A DNA stretch of 64,000 nucleotides from a virus. The notes beneath the pieces are model-generated. The model worked only from the letters and a program-made list of their open reading frames with translations. It made no database searches and had not been told where the DNA came from. The stretch lies in the IMG/VR virus record IMGVR_UViG_3300045988_156843; one strand, 5' to 3'. Below are positions 19,701 to 26,869 of the stretch, piece after piece (positions within the stretch are counted from its first letter, which is position 1; each line of letters starts with the position of its first letter). Both the position numbers and the translations under genes were made by a program.

Positions 19701-20572
19701 GGAAAGAGAAACTAGGAAATCAGTATTTGGTAGCTCTTTCAATGTATGCCAATTTTTCTATCATTCCTGCATCTGAAGAAGGTGTCATGGATGTAGCTTA
19801 TGTAAATCCGTCAGACGGTTTTCTTTATGCATTTAAAATTAAAACAAATGAAAATCGCAGTATTGCTACCGTTCCGGAAAAGAAATCAAGTGGAGGAGAA
19901 ATTATCATTGATAGTGCTCTTTCTACAGAATCAGAAAATCCGGTAATGAATAAGATCATAACTCAATATATTAATGAGCTTATGGATGCTGTATTCCAAA
20001 TAAGTATGACTTCTTTTAGTGGAGGAGGCACTTATGAAATCGGAAGCAGTACAAAACCTGTATTGAGTTGGGTTATTAAAAGAAAAGGAGAAGAGGTTAA
20101 TCCTACCAATGCAACTGTGAACGGTAACAAGGAAGGTGTAGCGGCTAATTTTAAGTCTTATACATCTCCGGTTGAAATTACATCTAATAAATCATATACT
20201 GTAATAGCATATTATAATTCTCAATCAGTGACTAGATCGGCATCATATTCATTTCTCAGTAAAAAGTATTTTGGAGTTTCTCCAAATACGACTTTGACAA
20301 ATGATGAAATATTAGCATTAAGCGGATGGGCATGGGCTAATAGTAGAACTATGAGCGAGTCCCTATTTGATTGCACAGGGGGTCGTTATCCATATTATGT
20401 AATTCCTGCAAGCATTTATTCAGGACTTGAAGTATGGGTAGGTCAGTTTAGAAATACAGACATAGTTGTTACTGATCAAAATGTAGTCAATGCACAAGGT
20501 TATACGGTAGCTTACAAAGTTGTGAGATTAAATACTATACAGTACGGTAAATTATACATATCATTCAAATAA
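16751..20572 (+). CDS. very large tail/baseplate-associated protein
   Basis: 1273 aa. It shares a FLRKD...ITFN.GI...WTQE module and one DSALST.S.NP..NK.IT motif with the downstream fibre. Confidence 0.6.
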   Translation: MVEKLSIFSLGQDGSKTPFPNNGAQAVIADYQFVSGRMGSISLSATLMYPRCLDNEWDETQFVEFRGEKYYIFTTPSSSKSNTDLRWKHDLVFTSERIQLDNTYFYDAVSSDAANIDQYVSNSTKFTFYGDINEFAKRMNYSLKYSGLKYSIVVDEGISSEGKLMTFEDKFFSEVLQLVFETYELPYYFAGRVIHIGFSSNAITQTFKYGHDNQLLSITKTNANYRIINRCTGVGSDENIPYYYPNDNPKGDIGVQADANNTAIKQADIRISDKDLFAEKVNINETIEYREGEAANAYSYNLWSDTGMQYQYTLKNQVEIPRVEVINTVPKTGVWKGTIRMRLKMYREGKMRVGIQPLMRRVWKNANPPTKDWQPEGLEMKFSDAENNNLTYTKLNTWDYSLGDLAIGEYNLDFIFPFQTNEFIDYYKVYAVIKAISIGYDGKYWFLNNAVVSLPAIGISITKTPAVGDKFKQIELKTDYIPYAQNLMPPIYRESKGLQHFYNAKNNTYKIPGTNEYYTFENEYTEGNPKEIIVKFENIKPSIKGVRNAAGQLIGEIAAIAFDDEDNDELDKKTNAYLHPYFYVKLRKTDGTYGFNLFEQGISSGEMTLSMTSGKCAACNFIVEVKEEGEGEKAIFQNPVQVDSNGNIVPGNAAEKINKKNIQERQQNTRTNEVWLALKKDDSTFNIVMPNETNNYKPEAGDSFVILNIKLPQAYILSAENDLKEEIIRYMAQNNSEKFNFSITFSRIYLENHPDILAQLNENARLQIEYNSQKYELYVSNYTYKVSNNEILPEITVELSDTITIRKGTLQKSISAVQQSLLSTIGSIDFLKMGLKYFLRKDVPDTALEHITFNDGILVRGKNAIIEESANVIYEEDGNAIYEEYSEPIMPIAEANTLGSLDNVDAIVDGTVNDKVLLVKNPGSTQWTQEKMSINVDSIIYISTQTLLDSTRTTDLTLSAEDHQAIIKLYGDKNVSKNTVVYRGKEKLGNQYLVALSMYANFSIIPASEEGVMDVAYVNPSDGFLYAFKIKTNENRSIATVPEKKSSGGEIIIDSALSTESENPVMNKIITQYINELMDAVFQISMTSFSGGGTYEIGSSTKPVLSWVIKRKGEEVNPTNATVNGNKEGVAANFKSYTSPVEITSNKSYTVIAYYNSQSVTRSASYSFLSKKYFGVSPNTTLTNDEILALSGWAWANSRTMSESLFDCTGGRYPYYVIPASIYSGLEVWVGQFRNTDIVVTDQNVVNAQGYTVAYKVVRLNTIQYGKLYISFK

Positions 20573-20578
20573 ACAGTC

Positions 20579-23500
20579 ATGGCAGATATACCCGGAACCA
20601 ATGTCGCCTCCATGATAACTCCGTTTACAACGCAGGATATCATCGCTACACATAGTGAAACATATGGACAAGGAGGCTATAGAAGTGAGAAAACAGTTGC
20701 AGATATGAACGCAATTATTGCGTCCCGTAGAAAAGAAGGTATGATTGTTCATGTCTTAGATGAAGACAAGGATTATATCTTAAAGGACGGTAAATTTGTT
20801 GTGAAGACAAGTGAGGTCATTGTCGATTCAGCATTGAGCACTACTTCTCTTAATCCCGTTCAAAATAAAGTAATTACCAATGCTTTAGATTCCAAACAAA
20901 ACTCTTTGGTTAGCGGAACTAGCATAAAGACCATTAATAGTGTATCTTTGTTAGGTTCCGGCAATATAAATATACCTGTTATAACAGTAGATAGTGCAAC
21001 AAGTTCTACATCTACAAATCCTCTACAAAATAGGGTTATAACAGCTTCCATTACTGATATAAATACTAAATTAACGCCAATATCTACAGCATGGAACAAG
21101 AAAAATACAGCTAATGGTTTTCTTGTATTGGATACAGCAGGATTAGTTCCTAGCAGTAATCTTCCTTCCTATGTCGATGATGTATTGGATGTGTATGCTA
21201 CATATGATCAATCAGCAACTGGAACTATATCAAATGTTAAATTATATACAGATTCATCTAAAACGATTGCAGTAGTTCCGGAAACAGGAAAGATATACAT
21301 TGATGTTTCATCCGGCAAACCTCCATATCAATTCAGATGGTCAGGTACAGCATATGTTACATTGAATACCGGAGGACTTATTATTGGTACTATATCCGGT
21401 ACAGCATTTGATGGTGGAAAAGGACAAGAATTATATTCTGAATATGCAGGAAGCCGAAAAACTATTTATCAAAGAGCATATTCCTTCTTCAATGCCATTA
21501 CTCCTGCTTCAGATAAATTCATGCAAAATATATCAGCATCTTATACTGCCACTGCCATATCACTGACTAAAGCATATAAGAACTTTGCAGGGACATCATC
21601 ATCAGAATCATTAACTATAAATGCTGCTACTACAAGTAATGCAGGAGTAATGTCTGCAGCAGATAAAACTAAGTTAGATTCATATCAAGCCTCAACAGGA
21701 GCTACTCCGAATTCAATTGCCAAGAGAGATGAGAATGGAGACCTTACAATGCGGTATCCAATTACTAATGCCGGAGTAGATAATAGCTCATCTATTGATT
21801 ATGTCGTATATATAAGCAATTCTGCTACAAAGTTTATGAGACATTGTTCATTGTCTCATTTTACCGATGTAATGCGATTGGTTACAACAACAAGTAGAGG
21901 ATTAATGTCTCCGGCTGACAAAAAGAAACTGGAAGATATTGATACAGAGAAATTCCTTCGAAAAGATATTGATGATATAGCAAATGGAAATATTACTTTC
22001 AATAATGGTATTTATGTGAAAGGTTCATATGCTAACCTTCAATCAATTTTTGAACAAGGAGGAAATTCTATCCTTGAACAAGGAGAAAACGGGATTATAG
22101 AAACAGCAGAGACACAAGCAGCACCAACTGATATTACATTAGCTGATTTAGCTAATGTTGATGGCACAGTTAACGAACCTGCATACAAGAGGATGATTTT
22201 AACTAAACTTGCCGGAGCTACGACATGGACACAAGAATACATTGATCCTCTTATTGAAATTACAGAAGCTCCTAGCAATAATTTATATTATGCTAGAAGA
22301 AATAAAGCATGGGTTAATTTTACTCCTTTTTCCGGTAATTATTCAGATTTATCGGGAAAACCGACTATTCCTACTAAATTAGCAAATCCATATGCATTAA
22401 CCTTTTCCGGAGCAGTAACTGCAACATATGACGGATCAGGCGCAGTCAATGTAAATATACCTGTCGGTGGAGGAGGTGGTGGCGGAAGCGTTATCGTAGA
22501 TAGCTCTCTTAGTACAACTTCGGTAAATCCTGTACAGAATAGGGTTATAACAAATGCTATTAATAATGCCAATAGTAGCATACAAACCAATGCTGATAAT
22601 ATTGAAGCGATAATGGCTATTATCGCCAATATACCATCTATAAGTATAGATACTGCATTGAGCACAACAAGTACCAATGCTGTTCAGAATAAGGTGATAA
22701 CTGCCGCCTTAAATTCCAAACAGAATACACTTGTGTCAGGTACTAATATTAAAACGATTAACAGTCAAAGTATTGTAGGATCAGGAAATGTCAATCTCAC
22801 TTATTCTTTTTCTCAGATAACTTCTAAACCAACTACCTTATCGGGATATGGAATTTCGGATGCATATACAATGACGCAAGTAAACAATGCCTTTGTATCT
22901 TTAAGCGGAAATGTAATTAGAACATCAGGGAAGCTATCAATGGCAGCAGACGTATTTGCAGATGATGGCTCCACAGGTGGTCTTGATATGAGAAATTCGA
23001 ATATTGTAGGTGTAAATGGTATATATTTTAAAGATGCATCAGATAGTGACGGTGAATATATCAATTTTTACAGAGATTCTACTCATGTTGATTCTTTATA
23101 TGCATTAAATGGAGAATTACGATTTAAACCTAATAGAGTATTAGGTGCTATAACGACTGCATCAAATATAATTCTTCATACGGGGAATTATACATCATAT
23201 GTACCTACAAAAACAGGGACGGGAGCAACAGGGACTTGGGCAATAAGCATTACAGGAACAGCCGAGTTATCTAAAGCTACAAATTTAATCAATGGATCAT
23301 ATACAGGAAGTGGAGGAAAACAACCGCCATCTTATATACCATCAGGGAAGATTAGATTTAACATGATGAATACTGTTGTTGGTACTGACTCTAACTATAA
23401 GGATTTCATATTAATGGACAGTTATACTGGTAATGATGTTCCTTATGTTACTGCAATTGGAGTAAGAAAAACTTCAACTCCTGAAGCATATATAATGTCA

Positions 23501-25546
23501 GGTGCAAAAGGCAATACAACAGAAGCTAATTGGGTTAAGACTACTTTATTAAGTGCTCTTAACTACAATAACTATGCACCATCTAAAACCGGATTAGGTG
23601 CTAGTGGCACATGGAATATTAATGTATCAGGATCAGCAGCCTCAGTTGCATGGGTAAATGTTTCCAATAAACCTAATTTTGCAGCAGTTGCAACTTCCGG
23701 TTCATATAATGACTTAACTAATAAACCTACAATTACAAATATAACAGTTGACTCAGCCTTATCGACTACTAGCACTAATCCATTGCAAAATAAAATTATC
23801 ACTACTGCACTAAATGGCAAGCAAGCAAATCTTGTTTCGGGAACAAATATTAAGACTGTAGGAGGACAGAGTCTACTTGGAAGTGGTAATATTGCATTTC
23901 CTACAATAACTGTTGATTCTGCTTTAAGTTCCACTTCAACGAATCCTTTGCAAAACAAGGTAATTAATAGTCAATTTGAATCTGTTACTACAGGAATGCA
24001 GTTAATTATGAATTTATACAATGAGATTAAAACAAGTGCTTTAACCTCTTCTAGTGTTGTTACGTCTATTACTACAGAAAATAGTGATAGTACATCACTA
24101 GTAACATCTGTTAAATCCGTTGTTAGCTATATAAGTGATAATTTAATTGATCCTATAACTCCTATACTTACGGCTTATCTAACTCAAAATACCAAAAATG
24201 GTATGTTGATTTTGGATTCAAATGGTAAAGTTCCTAGCAATTTATTGCCGGGCACATTGTTAACATTAGGAACAACATCTACTACGGCTTTTAGAGGTGA
24301 TTATGGTAACATCTTATTTACTAACTTTGGATCGGGAACAAATCTAACAGGTACTCAGCGTGCTAGAAACTTCTTTGGAAAAATTGATGTTTCTAATTTA
24401 CATTTCTTATCAGGTGGTTATACTTGGACACAAACAGATTCAGAAATAGAAATAGAATTTGAACAATATAATTTTACTGGTACTAAAAGTACATCCTCTC
24501 CTTTGATTAATTTCCCAATAGCTACAACAGCGAAAGCCGGACTACTTGGAGGAGATCAATGCTCTTATTTAGTTTCTCTTAATACCGAATACAATAATAT
24601 AGCAAATAAAGCAAATTATATAAAGGCTAGAAAGTTTTTTGGTAGCATAAATACCTCTACTGAATATTATTTAACTTCAGCTATAACTTTAAGTACTGAT
24701 GCAAATGTGATCGATATTGAGTTTCCTAAACATAATTTTGATGGAAGCAATGAAGAATATGAATATATCACTCTTCCTGCTGTTACATTAAATAACGCAG
24801 GAATATTAACATCTACCCAATTTACTAATTTATCAAATAAACAGGAGAAATTAGTTTCCGGCACAAGTATCAAAACCATCAATGGGCAATCATTATTGGG
24901 AAGTGGTAATATTAATATTTCAGGTGGGGGATTGAACTCATATACAACTACTCTTGATATTTTTAATATATCAAATGGTCGAACTATTACTTCTACAGAA
25001 TTTGCAGAAGTAGGAAGAATTGTGACGGCTGTAAGAGAAGGAAAACAAATATTATATAACTATCAGGTGGCTGAATTTGGTACAGGAGTATTAAACTGCC
25101 ATTTAGCGGATGATTTAACTTGTCTATCATGGGTAGTTACAAGTTATACTGATACTGAAATATTCTATATCGATCCAACATTATCTACTGATAAATGGGC
25201 AAGAATATCATTAGTAAAATCAGATTTTTCAAATATAACTTCCAAATCCTTCGGCTCCTCATCAAGTTACTACAAGCTTCCGGATGGGTTGCTGATTCAG
25301 TGGGGGTATAGCACTAATTCAGGTATAGGCAAAGTGATATATTATCCAATATCCTTTTTTAATACTTATTACTCTGTGCATTTAACTGGAACTAGATCTG
25401 TACACAGTAATTACATATATTCTTTTGATATATATACTAAAAGTGTAAGCTCTTTCACAATGGATTCCGTTTATCAGAACGTTGATTCAGATGCCGGAGG
25501 ATTTAGCATAGCTTTTTACTGGTTTGCTATTGGTAGATGGAAGTAA
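20579..25546 (+). CDS. tail fibre protein with switchable C-terminal tip
   Basis: 1655 aa with a Gly7 linker and at least 6 copies of the VDSALSTTS.NP.QNKVIT motif. The C-terminal ~80 aa begin at the LPDGLLIQWG boundary inside inverted repeat IR-L. Confidence 0.8.
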   Translation: MADIPGTNVASMITPFTTQDIIATHSETYGQGGYRSEKTVADMNAIIASRRKEGMIVHVLDEDKDYILKDGKFVVKTSEVIVDSALSTTSLNPVQNKVITNALDSKQNSLVSGTSIKTINSVSLLGSGNINIPVITVDSATSSTSTNPLQNRVITASITDINTKLTPISTAWNKKNTANGFLVLDTAGLVPSSNLPSYVDDVLDVYATYDQSATGTISNVKLYTDSSKTIAVVPETGKIYIDVSSGKPPYQFRWSGTAYVTLNTGGLIIGTISGTAFDGGKGQELYSEYAGSRKTIYQRAYSFFNAITPASDKFMQNISASYTATAISLTKAYKNFAGTSSSESLTINAATTSNAGVMSAADKTKLDSYQASTGATPNSIAKRDENGDLTMRYPITNAGVDNSSSIDYVVYISNSATKFMRHCSLSHFTDVMRLVTTTSRGLMSPADKKKLEDIDTEKFLRKDIDDIANGNITFNNGIYVKGSYANLQSIFEQGGNSILEQGENGIIETAETQAAPTDITLADLANVDGTVNEPAYKRMILTKLAGATTWTQEYIDPLIEITEAPSNNLYYARRNKAWVNFTPFSGNYSDLSGKPTIPTKLANPYALTFSGAVTATYDGSGAVNVNIPVGGGGGGGSVIVDSSLSTTSVNPVQNRVITNAINNANSSIQTNADNIEAIMAIIANIPSISIDTALSTTSTNAVQNKVITAALNSKQNTLVSGTNIKTINSQSIVGSGNVNLTYSFSQITSKPTTLSGYGISDAYTMTQVNNAFVSLSGNVIRTSGKLSMAADVFADDGSTGGLDMRNSNIVGVNGIYFKDASDSDGEYINFYRDSTHVDSLYALNGELRFKPNRVLGAITTASNIILHTGNYTSYVPTKTGTGATGTWAISITGTAELSKATNLINGSYTGSGGKQPPSYIPSGKIRFNMMNTVVGTDSNYKDFILMDSYTGNDVPYVTAIGVRKTSTPEAYIMSGAKGNTTEANWVKTTLLSALNYNNYAPSKTGLGASGTWNINVSGSAASVAWVNVSNKPNFAAVATSGSYNDLTNKPTITNITVDSALSTTSTNPLQNKIITTALNGKQANLVSGTNIKTVGGQSLLGSGNIAFPTITVDSALSSTSTNPLQNKVINSQFESVTTGMQLIMNLYNEIKTSALTSSSVVTSITTENSDSTSLVTSVKSVVSYISDNLIDPITPILTAYLTQNTKNGMLILDSNGKVPSNLLPGTLLTLGTTSTTAFRGDYGNILFTNFGSGTNLTGTQRARNFFGKIDVSNLHFLSGGYTWTQTDSEIEIEFEQYNFTGTKSTSSPLINFPIATTAKAGLLGGDQCSYLVSLNTEYNNIANKANYIKARKFFGSINTSTEYYLTSAITLSTDANVIDIEFPKHNFDGSNEEYEYITLPAVTLNNAGILTSTQFTNLSNKQEKLVSGTSIKTINGQSLLGSGNINISGGGLNSYTTTLDIFNISNGRTITSTEFAEVGRIVTAVREGKQILYNYQVAEFGTGVLNCHLADDLTCLSWVVTSYTDTEIFYIDPTLSTDKWARISLVKSDFSNITSKSFGSSSSYYKLPDGLLIQWGYSTNSGIGKVIYYPISFFNTYYSVHLTGTRSVHSNYIYSFDIYTKSVSSFTMDSVYQNVDSDAGGFSIAFYWFAIGRWK
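25235..25306 (+). repeat. IR-L of candidate invertible segment
   Basis: Perfect 72-bp reverse complement of 25790-25861, checked base by base. Encodes ...ITSKSFGSSSSYYKLPDGLLIQWG. Confidence 0.95.
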
Positions 25547-25789
25547 TTATTTCCAATTACCTATAGCTAACCATGTGAAATTCCATGCTGTTTCATTAAC
25601 ATTGCCGCCTTGTGCTATATATCTAGTTAAAACAGAAAACGAAGAACCTGATCTAGAGTAAAACATAGGAGAATATACGATTTTTTCCGTTTGATTAACA
25701 GCTTCTCCCGTGAATTGTATAGTATAATATGCAGTTTTAAAAGTAGTAGGCATATATATAGTTTTAATACCTGCTCCACCTGCAATTGT
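25547..25789 (-). other. silent alternative tail-fibre tip cassette (80 codons + stop, no own ATG)
   Basis: The minus-strand reading frame continues in phase out of IR-R (LIQWG|TIAGG...WLAIGNWK). It shares anchor residues with the expressed tip (TG, SSF, W.AIG.WK). Confidence 0.8.
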
Positions 25790-25861
25790 CCCCCACTGAA
25801 TCAGCAACCCATCCGGAAGCTTGTAGTAACTTGATGAGGAGCCGAAGGATTTGGAAGTTAT
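25790..25861 (-). repeat. IR-R of candidate invertible segment
   Basis: Perfect 72-bp inverted copy of 25235-25306. Confidence 0.95.
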
Positions 25862-25896
25862 GAATTAAAATAGTATTTTTACAAAAAATATGAGAA

Positions 25897-26451
25897 ATGA
25901 TGTATTGGAAACAAGGCTTTTACGATGAACCTGTAGAGGGAAGCCTAGAAATAACAGATGAATACTGGCGAGAGCTTTTGACTGGGCAGGAGAATGGTTT
26001 GGAAATCCATGAAGATTCTAATGGGTATCCAATGCTGAGACAACATGTATATACTTTAGAAGAAGCAGTACAAATGAAGGAAATAGAAATTAATGCTTAT
26101 GACTCTTCTGACAAGGTAAACTGTTTTATACTTGATGGGGAATCCGGATGGCTTAATAAAGCAGATCGAGCAGGATTAATCAACTCTATTAACATAGAAA
26201 AAGATGCAGGAAGAACCGAAACAAAAATTTGGTTTAACAATAAAAAACATCCTCTTCCAGTAGATTTTGCTTTAGATATGATTAAAAAAATAGAATTATA
26301 CGCTATTGACTGCAATGATACGACTGAAGAGCATTTGGCTATTATAAAAGAATTTGCTACTGTTCAACAAGTACAGACATTTGATGTTACTAAAGATTAT
26401 CCTGAAATATTAACGTTTAAAAGTAAAAAAGATGAAGAAAGTATTTTATAA
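25897..26451 (+). CDS. hypothetical protein (tail-fibre chaperone position)
   Basis: 184-aa ORF immediately after the invertible segment. Positional inference only. Confidence 0.45.
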   Translation: MMYWKQGFYDEPVEGSLEITDEYWRELLTGQENGLEIHEDSNGYPMLRQHVYTLEEAVQMKEIEINAYDSSDKVNCFILDGESGWLNKADRAGLINSINIEKDAGRTETKIWFNNKKHPLPVDFALDMIKKIELYAIDCNDTTEEHLAIIKEFATVQQVQTFDVTKDYPEILTFKSKKDEESIL

Positions 26452-26863
26452 CTCATGGTTAGCTAAGGCTATCTTATTTCCACAGTTTTCTACAATTACT
26501 ATTATGGCTTGGGTATTTACTAAATATCGTTCCCTTAAACAAGCCGTTATTAATCATGAATGCACACATGCTCGTCAATGGACTGAATTAGCTATTGCTT
26601 CAGGAATACTGATTTGGCTTGGAATATTGATCTTTGGTTATTCGGCATGGTATTTATTATTTGCGGCAGTAGTCTTTTATATTTGGTATGGCTTAGAATA
26701 TGGGATTCGTTTTTTGATTTCTACTATTTTAGATGATGGGTGTACGGCACATGATATATATAAAAGCGTTTCTTTTGAACAAGAAGCCCGTTTTTCTGAG
26801 GAAGATAATAATTATCTAGAAAATAGCAATTATTTCGCATGGACTAAATTTTTATTTAAATAA
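26432..26863 (+). CDS. small membrane protein with HExxH motif
   Basis: NHECTHARQW followed by two long hydrophobic helices and a downstream SFEQEA. Confidence 0.5.
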   Translation: MKKVFYNSWLAKAILFPQFSTITIMAWVFTKYRSLKQAVINHECTHARQWTELAIASGILIWLGILIFGYSAWYLLFAAVVFYIWYGLEYGIRFLISTILDDGCTAHDIYKSVSFEQEARFSEEDNNYLENSNYFAWTKFLFK

Positions 26864-26869
26864 TACATA

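Larger units (their letters stand above)
25235..25861. other. candidate invertible DNA segment (tail-fibre tip switch)
   Basis: Two 72-bp inverted repeats flank 483 bp that hold two convergent tip cassettes whose stop codons abut (25546/25547). Confidence 0.7.

Noticed and set aside
346-24882. Many 60-140-aa ORFs antisense to or overlapping large genes (for example 346..768 +, 3195..3539 +, 6106..6435 -, 17399..17701 -, 22339..22677 -, 23572..23958 -, 35727..36080 +, 40865..41211 +).
   Set aside because: These are shadow ORFs inside longer, motif-supported genes on the other strand. They are Leu/Ile/Phe/Ser-rich, as expected from antisense reading of AT-rich coding DNA.
25235-25306. Hin/Gin-type (hix/gix) or Mpi-type (ARACGTWCGT) crossover sites inside the 72-bp repeats.
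   Set aside because: I could not find a convincing match by eye. The repeat contains only small palindromes (for example aagctt). The recombination mechanism therefore stays unassigned.
25547-25807. Track ORF 25547..25807 (-) treated as an independent 86-aa gene.
   Set aside because: Its 'start' is a TTG inside the 72-bp inverted repeat, with no ATG. Its first residues (LIQWG) duplicate the fibre sequence encoded by IR-L. It is better explained as a silent alternative C-terminal cassette.
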